Source: an uncultured Thermoleophilia bacterium (lineage in GTDB: Bacteria > Actinomycetota > Thermoleophilia > UBA2241). Taken from it: DNA of 64,000 nt. The stretch is from contig CAVQSP010000014.1 in NCBI GenBank assembly GCA_963715985.1, positions 64,001-128,000 on the forward strand, in the 5' to 3' direction. Under the pieces are notes generated by a model, which made no database searches, was not told where the DNA came from, and was given only the letters and a program-made list of their open reading frames with translations. This document shows positions 21,635 through 33,165 of the stretch, in pieces. Numbering within the stretch: the stretch's first letter is position 1; each line of letters starts with the position of its first letter. Made by a program: the position numbers and the translations under genes.

Positions 21635-23653
21635 TCAGAGCAGCGACTTGGCGCGCGCGACCACGTTGTCCGCGGTGAAGCCGAACTCCTTGAACAGGGT
21701 GCCGGCCGGGGCGGACGCGCCGTAGTGATCGAGACCGATCACGATGCCGCCGTCGCCCACCCAGCGGTCCCAGCCGAAGGTGACGCCGGCCTCTATGCCC
21801 ACGCGGCTGCTGCAGGCGAGCGGCAGGACGCTCTCGCGGTAGTCGGCGTCCTGCTTGCCGAACAGCGCCATGGACGCCATGTTCACGACGCGCGAGCGTA
21901 CGCCGTCGGCCACGAGGCGCTCGTGCGCCTCGAGCGCCACGGCGACCTCGCTGCCGCTGGCGATGAGGATCACGTCGGGAGCGCCGCCCTCGGCGGCGTC
22001 GGCCAGGACGTAGGCGCCGCGGGCGATGCCGCTCGCGGAGGGGTGCGTGCTGCGGTCGATGGTCGGCAGGTTCTGGCGCGTGAGCATCAGGCCGACCGGG
22101 CCGTCGCGGTGGGTGAGGGCGATCTTCCAGGCCTCCACCGTCTCGTTGGCGTCGGCGGGCCTGAGGTCGGTCCAGTTGGGCGTGGCCCGCATCATCGCCA
22201 GGTGCTCGATGGGCTGGTGGGTGGGGCCGTCCTCCCCGACGCCGATGCTGTCGTGGGTGAGGATGTAGGTGACCGGCAGCCCCATGATCGAGGCCAGACG
22301 CATCGACGGGCGCATGTAGTCGGTGAACACGAAGAAGGTGGCCACGTAGGGATGGACGCCGCCGTGCAGCGCGAGGCCGTTGCCGATGCCGGCCATGCCG
22401 AGCTCGCGCACGCCGAAGTGGAAGTTGCGGCCCTCGGGCGTGGCGGCCTGCTGGTCGGCGGCGTCCTTGATCAGCGTGTTGTTGGACGGCGCCAGGTCGG
22501 CGGAGCCGCCGATGAGCGTGGGGAGGTGCGGCGCCACGGCGTTGATGACCTTGCCCGACGCCGAGCGCGTGGCGACGGCGCCGTCGGCCGGGTCGAACAC
22601 GGGCAGGTCGGCGTCCCAGCCGTCCGGCAGGGCGCCGCTCCAGGCGGCGTCCCAGGCGGCGGCGCGGGAGGCGTCGGCCGCGCTCCAGGCGGCGTGGCGC
22701 TCCGTCCACGCCGCGTGCGCGGCCGCACCCTTGGCGGCGACATCGCCGTAGCAGGCGCGGACCTCGTCCGGCACGAGGAACTCAGGCTCCAGCGGCCAGC
22801 CGAGGTTCTCCTTGGTCAGCTTGACCTCGTCGGCTCCCAGGGGCGCCCCGTGGGCACCGGCGCTGTCCTGCTTGTGCGGCGACCCGAAGCCGATGTGGGT
22901 GCGTACGGCGATGATCGAGGGCTTGCCGGTCTCGGCCTTGGCCGCCGTGATCGCCTTGTCGATGGCGTCCAGGTCGGTGCCGTCGGCCACGCGCTGCGTG
23001 TGCCAGCCGTAGGCGGCGAAGCGTGCCACCACGTCCTCGGTGAACGCCAGGTCGGTGGACCCGTCGATGGTGATGTGGTTGTCGTCGTACATGACGATGA
23101 GCTTGCCGAGCTTCTGGTGGCCGGCGAACGAGGCCGCCTCGCTGGAGATGCCCTCCATCATGTCGCCGTCGCCGGCCAACACGTAGGTGTAGTGGTCCAT
23201 GACGGACGGGCCGTCGCCGTTGAACGTGGCGGCCAGGAAGCGCTCCGCGACGGCCATGCCGACGGCGTTGCTGAAGCCCTGGCCGAGCGGCCCGGTGGTG
23301 GTCTCCACGCCGGCCGTGTGCTTGTACTCGGGGTGACCCGGCGTCTTGCTGCCCCACTGGCGGAAGGCCTTGAGGTCGTCGAGCGAGAGGTCGTAGCCGG
23401 TCAGGTGGAGCAGGGAGTAGAGCAGCATGCTGGCGTGCCCGGCGGAGAGCACGAAGCGGTCGCGGTCCGGCCACGCCGGGTCGGCGGGGTCGAAGCGCAG
23501 GTGCCGCGTGAACAGCACGTGCGCGACGGGCGCCGCCCCCATGGGCATGCCGGGATGGCCGGAGTTGGCCTTCTGCACGCCGTCCACGGCCAGAAAGCGG
23601 ATGGTGTCGATGCAGCGCTCGTCGAGGGTCTGTGCGCTCGCCACGGGGCTCAC
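21635..23653 (-). CDS. tkt: Transketolase
   Basis: [32 protein letters not shown]...[15 protein letters not shown]. Confidence 0.96.
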   Translation of the reverse strand: MSPVASAQTLDERCIDTIRFLAVDGVQKANSGHPGMPMGAAPVAHVLFTRHLRFDPADPAWPDRDRFVLSAGHASMLLYSLLHLTGYDLSLDDLKAFRQWGSKTPGHPEYKHTAGVETTTGPLGQGFSNAVGMAVAERFLAATFNGDGPSVMDHYTYVLAGDGDMMEGISSEAASFAGHQKLGKLIVMYDDNHITIDGSTDLAFTEDVVARFAAYGWHTQRVADGTDLDAIDKAITAAKAETGKPSIIAVRTHIGFGSPHKQDSAGAHGAPLGADEVKLTKENLGWPLEPEFLVPDEVRACYGDVAAKGAAAHAAWTERHAAWSAADASRAAAWDAAWSGALPDGWDADLPVFDPADGAVATRSASGKVINAVAPHLPTLIGGSADLAPSNNTLIKDAADQQAATPEGRNFHFGVRELGMAGIGNGLALHGGVHPYVATFFVFTDYMRPSMRLASIMGLPVTYILTHDSIGVGEDGPTHQPIEHLAMMRATPNWTDLRPADANETVEAWKIALTHRDGPVGLMLTRQNLPTIDRSTHPSASGIARGAYVLADAAEGGAPDVILIASGSEVAVALEAHERLVADGVRSRVVNMASMALFGKQDADYRESVLPLACSSRVGIEAGVTFGWDRWVGDGGIVIGLDHYGASAPAGTLFKEFGFTADNVVARAKSLL

Positions 23654-23684
23654 CTCGGTCCTTTCGGTTGGGAGTGAAAGCCCG

Positions 23685-23725
23685 TCAGCCTCCGCCCTCC
23701 CGCGGGGCGGGAGGGCGGAGGCTGA
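23685..23725. terminator. Long intergenic hairpin between aminotransferase and tkt
   Basis: tcagcctccgccctcccgc-ggg-gcgggagggcggaggctga. Confidence 0.55.
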
Positions 23726-23754
23726 AGACGGGCGTCATGCGGTGTGTTGACGGC

Positions 23755-24839
23755 TCAGAAGTACTCGCGCACGAAGGTGACGAAGCGCTCGCACTCCGCG
23801 GGCGTGCCGGGGGTGACGCGGAAGTAGCCTTCCTTGCCGTTGATGGGCTTGATGGTCTTGATGAACAGCTTCTGCATGTCGGCGCCCGCCTGGACGATCT
23901 CGGCGCTGGTCTTGCCGCTCGACGAGGCGTCGATGAGCATGTAGTTGCCGTGCGGCGGGAACGGCTTGAGGCCCTTGGCCTCGAGCTCCTTGACGAACGT
24001 GGCCATCCACGTCGTTGTTGTACTCGACCTTCTCCTTGACCTCGCCCGTATCGAGGATGGCCTCGGCCGCGGCGATCGCCATCAGGCTGAGGTTCCAGGG
24101 CAGGTACATGAGGTTGAAGGCGTCCACCACGGTCGGCGAACCGACCACGTAGCCGAAGCGGCACGCCGGCCAGGCCGAAGGCCTTGGAGAACGTGTGCGA
24201 GAGGAAGACGTGGTCGTACTTCTTGACGAAGTCGATCTTGGCGTCGACGTCCGGGTGATAGTCCAGGTAGGCCTCGTCGACGCACATCGGGATGCCGAGC
24301 TCGGCGAACTTGGTGAGGTCGGCGTCGTCGATGAAGATGCCCGTCGGGTTGTTGGGGTTGATGATGAGGATGAGCTTGGTCTTGTCGGTGACGGCGGCGA
24401 GCATGGCGGGGACGTCGTACTGCAGGTCGGGCTCGCGAAGGTTGACCTGCACGGTCGTGGCGTTGCAGAGGCCGGCGCGCGAAGGGAACATCTCGAAGGT
24501 CGGGTTGGAGCAGAGGAACTCGTCGCCCGGCTGCAGGAAGATGCGCATCATCGCGTCGATGGTCTCGGAGGAGCCGTTGGCGAGGGCGATGTTCTCCGCC
24601 GCCAGGCCGTGGAGCTTGCCGAGCTTCTCACGCAGGCGGTAGGCGCGGTCCGGGTAGCGGTTGCCCTTCTCGGCCATGTCGGTGATCGCCTTGACGACTG
24701 CGTCCGACGGCGGCACCGGGTTCTCGTTCAGCATCATGCGGCCCATCTCGGGCTGCGCCCAGGCCTTGTCGAGGATGGCCGTGTTGTACTCGGGGGCCGT
24801 CCACACGTACGGGTTGATCTTGTCCTTGATGTCCGTCAT
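23755..24839 (-). CDS. PLP aminotransferase, HisC-like class I/II; frameshifts near 24160 and 24010
   Basis: LNENP, NRYPD, NGSSE, NPNNPTG, VDEAY, HTFSKAFGLAG, GNY, RVTPG. Confidence 0.88.
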
Positions 24840-24892
24840 GCCGGAGATCCTTTCGTCAGTCACTGACCGTCGGGGAGAAGCAGAGTCCGCGC

Positions 24893-26094
24893 TCAGCTGC
24901 CTGTGAGGCAGCTGCCGGCGAACGCGACCATCTCGTTGGTGGCCTTGGAGAACGCCTCGGCCGTCTTCATGAGCGCCGGATGCGTGTTGTACTCCTCGCG
25001 CGTGTAGCCGTCCTCGTCGTAGGCGCGTGAGAAGTACGGGATCTTCATCAGCTTCTCCATGACCTCCGCCGGCGGGTCGACGTCGATCTGGCCGGGCTTG
25101 AACGTGATCTCGCCGGCACGCGGGAAGTTGATGACCTCGTCGATGAGCGACGGCGGGCAGGTGACGACGATGTCGGCGCCGGCCTTCTCCTCGAGATGCC
25201 ACAGGTGCGTCACGCCGTCGATGGTGGGGCCGAGGCGCAGCGAGCAGGAGAGCATCTTGCTCTCGTAGGCGCGCTCCTTGACGGTGCGGTACGCCTTCTT
25301 GAAGATGGCGAGCTCGGCGTAACGCACGTCGCTCTCGGTGATGTCCACGCCCACCTCGGCGCCGGCATCCTTGACGCCGCCGAGGTCGCCGTAGCGGGCC
25401 TCCATGTGCGTGATGACCGAGCGCCACTTGCTGAGGTCCACGCCGTTGGCCCTGGCCTTCTCGAGGCCGCGCTTCACGGACTTGGCGCAGTCGAGCAGCT
25501 GCGAGAGCACGAAAGTGAGGGTGTTGTTGGTGGCGATGCCGCGCGAGGTGAGCTCCTCGATGACGTCGTAGCCCTGGGCCGTGCCCGGCACCTTGATCAT
25601 GACGTTGGGGTTCACGGTGTGGATGTCGAGGGCCTGGGCCAGCATGGCCTCGCCGTCGAAGGCGCTGCGCGGGTCGACCTGGCCGGAGAGGAAGCCCTCC
25701 TTGTAGCCGGAGGCCTCGAACAGCGGCAGGAACATGTCCGAGCCCTGCCGCACGACCTCTTTGTACATCAGCCAGAACAGACCCTCGGTGTCGAGGTCCT
25801 TGTTGTCGGCGAGGATCTTGCTGCGCGACCTTCTCCCAGCGGCTCGGGGTCGTCCTTGATGGCGGCCAGAGAGAGGGGCGGGTTGGTGGTGACGCCGCGG
25901 AAGAGCTGGTCCATGGGGTGACCGACGTCGTACATGCGCGCGAACTGGCACTCCAGATTGGCGCGGTCCTTCTCGTCGGCCTTGGCGAGCATCTTGCGGC
26001 ACCAGTTGCTGAAGATGACCGGCGAGGAATCCCACCAGATCTCCATACCGGGGCTGACGGCGACGAGGTCTTCGAAGAGGCTGTGGTCCTTCAT
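24893..26094 (-). CDS. Transaldolase / fructose-6-phosphate aldolase family protein, divergent; compensating frameshifts near 25830 and elsewhere
   Basis: WWDS, GVTTNPPL, SGQVDP, Schiff-base lysine in VMIKVPGT, TNNTLTF. Confidence 0.8.
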
Positions 26095-26308
26095 GTGTCC
26101 CCCTAGACGGTCAGGTTCCGTGGGATGAGCAACGCGGCGCGGCTGCTGCCGCGCGCCCGGTGCTCGGGTACAGGTGCTCCGGGAAAAGCGCACAATCCGT
26201 CACTGAAACGCACACTTTCACACCACTGCGCATACTAGTTCAGGTTCGCACACGTGTCTAGCGGCGTGTGTGCGTTTGTGCCGCCGGCGCACACCGGGAC
26301 GCACGAGA

Positions 26309-26342
26309 AAGACGCGGCGGGCCTTTCGGCCCGCCGCGTCTT
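26309..26342. terminator. Hairpin terminator after permease (same core as 44056-44089)
   Basis: aagacgcggcgggcc-tttc-ggcccgccgcgtctt. Confidence 0.7.
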
Positions 26343-26370
26343 CAGACACAGCGCAGCGCGGTAGAGCGAC

Positions 26371-27995
26371 TCAGATCGCGTCGAACTGCGTGAGGTCGGC
26401 TTCGATCGCGGCTAGCTCCTCGGGCGTACCCTGGATCTTCGGGCCCTTGAACCACTTGCGAGCACCGGCGATCCACCAGATGAAGGCGAAGCCGATGACG
26501 GCCAGCACCACGATGATCGAGTAGTTGAAGTTCTGCCTCGTGATGGGACTGTAAGGCGGCAGCAGGAACACGATGCAGATGAAGATCACGTAGATGATGG
26601 CGATCCAGCCGATCACCATGCTCACCGTCTTGTTCAACACGTAGGGGCCCGGCACGAACGCCTTCGGGTTGATGCGGCGCAGGAACACCGGCGTCAGGTA
26701 GGCGATGTAGAGGCCGATGACGGCGGTGGCCACCACGGCGTTGTAGGCGGTGTAGTTGAACATGTACGGGACGGAGATGATGAACGCGCCGACGGCGCCG
26801 AACCAGGCCGAGCGCACAGGCACGCGACGCTTCTTGCTGACGTGGTGCCAGAACTTGGAGCCCGGCACCGCGCCGTCACGCGAGAACGCGTAGATCATGC
26901 GCGAGTTGGCCGTCACCGACGACATGCCGCAGAAGAACTGCGCCACGATGACGATCACGATGAGCAGCAGGGCGGTGGATCTGCCTGCCGCCGAGATGAA
27001 GGTCACCGCCCAGTTGGGGTACAGCACGGCGAGTTCCGCATAGCTCGTGACCTGGGTCCCCGCGAAGGAGATGGGGTGCGAGAAGTCCGGGATCGCGTAG
27101 CTGATCGCCGACGAGCAGGATGAAGCCGGCGATGAGCGAGACCCAGATGGACCGGACGATGCCCTTGGCCGCCTGGACGTTGGCCGAGATCGTCTCCTCG
27201 GACACGTGGGCCGAGGCGTCGTAGCCGGTGAACGTGTACTGGGCGTTCAGCATGCCGAGAGCGATGACGTAGAGGGGCGCCGTCCACCCCGAGAGCCCCT
27301 TGAACGCGTTCCACCCCTCGCTGCCGAACATGAACGAGGCCGAGTTGTGGGTCGAGCCGCTGGCGGGCGCCCCAGTACAGAAGGACGACGATGATGGCCA
27401 CGCCGATGAGGTGCCAGTAGACCGAGACGTCGTTGAGCAAGGCCACCAGGCGGACGTTGAAGGTGTTCAGCAGGCCCTGCAGGAACAGGATGACGGCGAG
27501 GATGCCGATGATGTGCCCCGGCGAAAGCCAGTACGCCTCGCCGGTGATCTCGCCCAGGAAGGCCGCGACCGAGAACGCGCAGCCGAAGCTGATGCCGGCC
27601 GTGACGGCGACCTGCCCCAGCAGGTTGAACCAGCCGGTGAACCAGGACCACCAGGGCCCGCTCTTGCCCGGCGCCAGCTTGGCCGACCAGTAGTAGAGGC
27701 CGCCGGCCGTCGGGTAGGCCGAGCAGATCTCGGCCATCGACAGGCCGGCGAAGATGACCATCAAGCCGACGAACAGCCAGCCCCAGTTCATGACCGGCGG
27801 GCCGCCGTGGAGCAGGCCGTAGGAGTAGACGGTCAGGCAGCCCGACAGGATGGAGATGATGGTGAAGGAGATGGCGAAGTTGGAGAACCCGCTCATCTTC
27901 CTGTCGAGCTCCTGCGCGTAGCCCATCTCGTGCAATCGTTGTGTGTCTTCGTCCAGCTGCTGGACCGCTGGCGCTACGGACGGTTCATCTGCCAC
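26371..27995 (-). CDS. APC-superfamily (GABA/choline ACT-like) permease; frameshifts
   Basis: MGYAQELDRKMSGFSNFAISF, AEICSAYPTAGGLYYWS, GYDASAHVSEET, SRMIYAFSRDGAVP, WFKGP. Confidence 0.85.
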
Positions 27996-28226
27996 GTCAA
28001 CCCCCCCTGTTCGAGCTACGTCGTGACGACGCGTTCCTTGAGGGCCATTTAGTACGCTGGCCGTGCCTGCTGTCAATAGTCGTGCGAGTCTGTGTGCGAC
28101 TGTGAGTGAAAGTGAACGGAAACCCCCATCCCAGCGGCCTCAGGGGCTCGCCGGGCGGTGCCACCGCAAGAGTACGGCCGCCCGCGCGTAGCGCAGGCGG
28201 CCGCATGCACAAGCGGTCTGGCGGGC

Positions 28227-30590
28227 TCAGCTCGCGCGCCGGCGCGCCTCCGCGTAGCGCACGATGGCGCGCGCCTGGCTGGCGCCGTCCAGGCCGGCCT
28301 CGGCGAGGACCACCTCGCCCTGGCCGCTGCCGAGGTAGTGGCCTTTGAGATACGGGTGCAGGGTGGCGGCGCGCCCCTCCGCTGAGGTGACCCAGCGCAT
28401 CATGGTCGGTAGCGTGAAGCCGGTGATGCCCATCGCCTCGCGCGCGTGCACGTCGGGGAACAGGTCCGCCTGCTCGGCCTCGCTGAGGCCGTCGAAGAGC
28501 TCGGCGCTGGCCACGTAGTAGACGCGCGCGTCGACGCCTTGCTCGAGGAGCAGCGGCAGCGCCTCCTCCACGAAGGCGTAGGCGACGGCGCTCTCCTGCA
28601 GCACCACGGTGACGTCGGCTTCGCCGGCCGGCGCCCTGAGCAGATACACGCCGGTGACGGCGGCTGCGGCCGGAGCAAGCCCCAGGGCCACGCGGTCGAG
28701 CACCGTCTCGCTCGGCCGTGTGACGAACGGCGCGATGAGCGCCGGCCGTCCGGCGAGCGCCGTGGCCAGCAGCGGCCATACCTCCTGCGGCTCCCACGGC
28801 GTCAGCGTCACGGCAGTGCCGCGAGGGAAGTCCTCCTGGAGCAGCTGCAGTGCCTGCGGGTCGGCGTGAGTGGGGCCGTCCTCACCGGTCTTGAGGCCGG
28901 CGTGAGCACAGACAAGGATCATCGAGTTGTACGGCTCGCCGGTGACGGCCTTACGGGCCTGTGCGCCGATGCAGTGCAGACGCCCGGCGATGTGGCCGAG
29001 CGGTGCCATGAAGGCGCCGTAGGAGCTGCCGACGCCGATCGCGTGGCCGAAGGCCGAGATGCCGGAGAGCACCCCGGCGATGCCGTCCTCGCAGATGCCC
29101 CCGATGGAGAGGAGCCGCGCCTCCGGGTCGCCGACGGCGTTGTAGAAGCCGGGCGGGAAGTCGGCCGCCACCACGTTGACGCTGGTGGATCCGTAGAGGT
29201 CGGCCGAGGCCGTGAGCAGCGCGCCGTTCGAGGCCCTGTTGAGGTAGCGCAGTGCATCGCCGAGAGCACCGCGGATGGTGGTGGACGAGCCGGGCGTCAG
29301 CCGCAGCTCGTCCGGGATCGACCGCTGCGCGGCCGTCGCCGTCTCGTACGCGGCCTGGACGCGCGGCGCGTGCGCACGGGGGTTGCGGCCGCGGGTGTCC
29401 AGATGATCGCCCGCGGCGCGCAGGCGCTCGGCCAGCGCCGCCGCCGCGTCGCCCTCCTGCTGGAGGCGCGCGCGCACGACGCCCAGCGCGGCCCAGAAGC
29501 ACTCCTCACGCACATCAGGGCCGTCGCTCCCGGCACAGCGGAGGTCACCTGTCCCGCAGCTGGGCAGGACAGCGTCGTCGCCTCCGGTGAGGTCCGCCAA
29601 GGCCTCGTAGTAGCCGGGCGAGCAGAGCTTGTGGCCGGCGCCGTGGGAGGCCTTGCCCTCCACCCCGTAGCGCCAGCCCTTGAGCGTGCGGTACACGATG
29701 GCCGTCGGCTGGCTGGTGTCCAGGCTCAAGGCCAGGCGCTGGGCCGCGACGATCTGCTGCAGGTCGAAGCCGTCCGCCACCTCGATGACGTTCCAGTCGT
29801 GCAGGTAGAAGAGCTCGGCCGGCGTCCACTGCACGTAGTCGCCGGGGAGCTCGCCCTCGCGACAGACCCGGTTGCTGTCGATGGACGCCTGGTTCCAGTC
29901 CAGGTGCATGAAGACGTTGCCCAGCGAGGCGGTGCCGGCCGCGGCCAGTGACTCGGCCACGCGGCCGGGCGTAAGGCCGCCCTCGCCCTCCACGATGTGC
30001 ACGCGCGGAGCGTCCGCGCCGTAGCGGTCGCGGGCCCCGAAGGCGAGGCCGATGGAGCTGGCGTCGCCCACGCCGGAGGCTCCCGTCGAGAGTCGCACGA
30101 ACGGCGTGGCCGGCGTGGGGTGCCCGTCCAGCGCCTTGGCGTTGAAACGGCGGAAGAGCGGTGTGGCCGTGATGGGGTTGCGGCGGAAGCCCAGCAGGTC
30201 CTCGAATCGCAGGCGCCGAGCGTCGGCACGGGGCAGCAGCTCGGGTGCGGCCACGCGGGCCACTTCGTCACGCAGGGCCCACATGGCGTACAGGCCCATG
30301 GCTTTGTGGCCGGCCCCGTAGCTCACGAGGTCCGCGTCCTGCCGCTCGGGGTCGTCAAGGCGGTACTCGAGCGCGTCGAACAGGAGGGCGGCCACGAACC
30401 GTCCGGAGGAGATCGACCCGCCGGGGTGCCCCGACGTGGGTACGTAGTTGAAGAGGACGGCGCAGAGGGAGCGGTACAGCAGGTCAAGCGTCTCGAAGGC
30501 AGCGACGTCCGCCGGGGACAGCGGCGCGCCCGCCGTCGAGGCGTCGATCTCGATGGAGACGGCGCGCCTGGGGCCGAAGGGGAGAGTCAC
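28227..30590 (-). CDS. Divergent transketolase-like ThDP enzyme (787 aa)
   Basis: SGHPGGS, GAGHKA, LDGHP, STGASGVG, GEGG..(x)..DWN, SADL, GEDGPTH. Confidence 0.82.
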   Translation of the reverse strand: MTLPFGPRRAVSIEIDASTAGAPLSPADVAAFETLDLLYRSLCAVLFNYVPTSGHPGGSISSGRFVAALLFDALEYRLDDPERQDADLVSYGAGHKAMGLYAMWALRDEVARVAAPELLPRADARRLRFEDLLGFRRNPITATPLFRRFNAKALDGHPTPATPFVRLSTGASGVGDASSIGLAFGARDRYGADAPRVHIVEGEGGLTPGRVAESLAAAGTASLGNVFMHLDWNQASIDSNRVCREGELPGDYVQWTPAELFYLHDWNVIEVADGFDLQQIVAAQRLALSLDTSQPTAIVYRTLKGWRYGVEGKASHGAGHKLCSPGYYEALADLTGGDDAVLPSCGTGDLRCAGSDGPDVREECFWAALGVVRARLQQEGDAAAALAERLRAAGDHLDTRGRNPRAHAPRVQAAYETATAAQRSIPDELRLTPGSSTTIRGALGDALRYLNRASNGALLTASADLYGSTSVNVVAADFPPGFYNAVGDPEARLLSIGGICEDGIAGVLSGISAFGHAIGVGSSYGAFMAPLGHIAGRLHCIGAQARKAVTGEPYNSMILVCAHAGLKTGEDGPTHADPQALQLLQEDFPRGTAVTLTPWEPQEVWPLLATALAGRPALIAPFVTRPSETVLDRVALGLAPAAAAVTGVYLLRAPAGEADVTVVLQESAVAYAFVEEALPLLLEQGVDARVYYVASAELFDGLSEAEQADLFPDVHAREAMGITGFTLPTMMRWVTSAEGRAATLHPYLKGHYLGSGQGEVVLAEAGLDGASQARAIVRYAEARRRAS

Positions 30591-30813
30591 GGTATCCGCT
30601 CCTTCCTCGCGATCCGCGAAGTGCTTGCTCGCAGGCGGGCCGCCCGCGACGGGCGGCCCGCTGCGGCGATTCTATAGAGACGCGCCCGCGTTCGTCATCA
30701 GAGCCGGCGGTCGCCTGCACCGGCGGGGGCGGACCGGAGACAGAAGCGGGGCGGGGGCGCTCTGCGGGCGTGCCCCCGCCTCCAGGGTCAGGCCGGTCGG
30801 GTCGGCGCGCTCG

Positions 30814-31446
30814 TCACTTCCCCAGCAGCTCGTTGATCTTCTTGACCCCGTCGTTGGCGTCCTCGGCGTAGGCGTCGGCGCCGATCTGGTCGGCCCAGCG
30901 CTGCGTGGCGGGGGCGCCGCCGACGACGCACTTGTAGGGCAGGCCCTCCTCCTTGACGCGCTTGATGACCTTCTTCTGCTCCTCCATCGTCGTCGTGAGC
31001 AGGGCGCTCATGCCGATCACGTCGGCGCCGGTCTCGGCGGCCTTGGTAAGGAAGGCCTCGGCGGGCACGTCGCGCCCCAAGTCGTGGACCTCGTAGCCGT
31101 TGGCCTTCAGGTAGGCGATCACGATCGCCTTGCCGATGTCGTGCACGTCGCCCTGCACGGTGCCGATGACGATCACGCCCTTGGCCTCGGCGGCCTCCCC
31201 TTCGAGGGCGGCGTTGGTGACCTCGGTGGCGCCGGCCATGGCGTCGGCGCTCATCATCAGCTCGGGGAGGAAGACCTCGCCGCTCTCGAAGAGCTCGCCG
31301 ACCTCCTGGATGCCCATGACGAAGCCGTTCTGCATGATGTCGGCGGGGCTGATGCCCTCGGCGAGGGCGCGAGCTGCGACCGCTTCGGCCCCGGCGCGGT
31401 CGGCGTCGATGATGGTCTGGGCTGCTTCTTCGTAGATGGTGGCCAT
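30814..31446 (-). CDS. Corrinoid (B12-binding) protein of a methyltransferase system, MtbC/MttC-like
   Basis: Cap domain GELFESGEVFLPELMMSA; GTVQGDVHDIGK (DxHxxG); SALLTTT; VGGA. Confidence 0.93.
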   Translation of the reverse strand: MATIYEEAAQTIIDADRAGAEAVAARALAEGISPADIMQNGFVMGIQEVGELFESGEVFLPELMMSADAMAGATEVTNAALEGEAAEAKGVIVIGTVQGDVHDIGKAIVIAYLKANGYEVHDLGRDVPAEAFLTKAAETGADVIGMSALLTTTMEEQKKVIKRVKEEGLPYKCVVGGAPATQRWADQIGADAYAEDANDGVKKINELLGK

Positions 31447-31552
31447 GCGTGGGGCTCCTTCCTCTCCCATGTCGCGCTCTGATCCCCTCGTCCGTCGACC
31501 GGTGATGGCTGCCGTGGCGCTGATCCGGGGTGCGTGCGTGCGAGTGCAAAAC

Positions 31553-31610
31553 TAGCACGTTCGCGAACGTTATCAAACACACTCGCACTTGACGCGGCGC
31601 CGGTCGAGCC
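31553..31610 (+). promoter_or_regulatory. Copy 1 of a duplicated ~58-bp promoter/operator block
   Basis: tagcacgttcgcgaacgttatcaaacacactcgcacttgacgcggcgccggtcgagcc; near copy at 33102-33159. Confidence 0.7.
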
Positions 31611-31755
31611 CGCGCTGGGTGTTGCTCTTGTTCGCTTCTGTCTGTCACGCAGGCCGCGACCGTCTGAATGGACACTGATAGACTCGAACCGCCGAGTCCC
31701 GCACGACCGGCGGTTCGCGAGCCGCTCAGCTGACCGCTTCATGAAGGAGAGGAAC

Positions 31756-32937
31756 ATGGGTAGTCACGACTGGATGGGCCTGCAGAAGAGCTTCCCCTTC
31801 GTCCTTCCGGGGCGTATCCAATTCGGCCCCGGGGTGTCCCAGACCGTCGGCCAAGAGGCGGCAGCGCTTGGCCACAGGGCGTTGCTCGTGACCGATCCGG
31901 GGGTCGCCGGTGCAGGGCTCGTCGAGCCGATCCAGGGCGAGTTGGAGCGCGCCGGTCTGGAGTGCGCCGTGTTCGCCGAAGTCGAAGCCAATCCGCGCAT
32001 CGCCACCGTCGAGCGGGCGGCCGCCTTCGCCAAGGAGCAGGGCGCGGAGATCGTGGTCGCGCTGGGCGGCGGCAGCGTCATCGACACGGCCAAGATCGTC
32101 TGCGCGATCGCGACGCACGGCGGCGGCGTCCTCGACTACGAGGGGTATGACCTGATCCCCGGCCCTGTCACCCCGCTCATCGCACTGCCGACCACGTCCG
32201 GTACCGGCAGCGAGGTCACGTTCTGGGCCGTCGCCACGGACGTCTCCCGCAACTACAAGCTTGCGGTGAGCAGCGTGCTGCTGGCTCCGAGTCTGGCCCT
32301 GGTCGATCCGTTGCTGACCGTGAGCCTGCCGCCTGCGGTGACCGCGGGCACCGGGTTCGATGCGCTGAGTCACGCCGTCGAGGCGTATACGGCGCGGTGC
32401 AGCAACCCGGTCAGCGATGCGCTGGCACTCTACGCGATCGAGCTCGTGGGGCTGAACCTCGAGCAGGCGGTGCGCGATGGAGCGGACGTGGAGGCGCGAT
32501 GCGGCATGTCTCTGGCCAGCCTGACGGCCGGCATCTCTTTCGGGAATGCCGACACGTCCGCGGCTCACGCGATGGGTGAGGCGCTCGGCGGTCTCTTCGA
32601 CACGCCTCACGGCTTGGCGTGCGCGGCCAGCCTGCCCTACATGACGCGCTTCAACCTGCCGGCGGTCCCTGAGAAGACCGCGCGGATCGGGCAGGCGCTG
32701 GGCCTTCCGACCGCCGGCCTTCCAGTCCAGGAGGCGGCAGAGGCGACCGTAGAAGGTCTCATCGAGCTCGGGAAGCGAGTCGGTGTACCCAGCATACGAA
32801 GCTTCGGCGCCACGGAAGGGGACATCCCGAAGCTGGTCAGCATCGCGATGCTGAACGTCGGCAACGCGGACAACCCGGTCGACGTCGACGAGGCAGTGTT
32901 CACGGAGCTCTTCAAGGAAGCCCTCGCACAGGACTAG
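31756..32937 (+). CDS. Iron-containing alcohol dehydrogenase
   Basis: VEANP, ALGGGSVID, PTTSGTGSEVT, DALSHAVEAY, AHAMG, PHGLA. Confidence 0.93.
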   Translation: MGSHDWMGLQKSFPFVLPGRIQFGPGVSQTVGQEAAALGHRALLVTDPGVAGAGLVEPIQGELERAGLECAVFAEVEANPRIATVERAAAFAKEQGAEIVVALGGGSVIDTAKIVCAIATHGGGVLDYEGYDLIPGPVTPLIALPTTSGTGSEVTFWAVATDVSRNYKLAVSSVLLAPSLALVDPLLTVSLPPAVTAGTGFDALSHAVEAYTARCSNPVSDALALYAIELVGLNLEQAVRDGADVEARCGMSLASLTAGISFGNADTSAAHAMGEALGGLFDTPHGLACAASLPYMTRFNLPAVPEKTARIGQALGLPTAGLPVQEAAEATVEGLIELGKRVGVPSIRSFGATEGDIPKLVSIAMLNVGNADNPVDVDEAVFTELFKEALAQD

Positions 32938-33101
32938 TTCGCGAGCACAGGCGTGCCTCGCGCCTGCACAGTCCCCTCCCGCCGAGACCTACCCGCGGTC
33001 GGCGGTTCGGCGTATAGTCGTTTTGCGCCGCTCAAAGCGGGTGCTCTGCGTCCCGGCTGGGCCGCCGGACCGTCAAGCGTTGCGGCTCAGACGTGCGAGA
33101 T

Positions 33102-33165
33102 TAGCACGTTCTCGCACGATTTCAAACACAGTCGCACTTGACGCCGCGTCCGTCGAGCCTATGAT
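33102..33165 (+). promoter_or_regulatory. Copy 2 of duplicated block with promoter TTGACG-16-TATGAT
   Basis: ttgacg 33138-33143, tatgat 33160-33165. Confidence 0.72.

Noticed and set aside
21725-23677. Long antisense or alternate-frame ORFs (also 47557-49791, 56832-59189, 8930-10651)
   Set aside because: Shadow ORFs typical of high-GC coding DNA; no motifs, and they overlap well-supported genes
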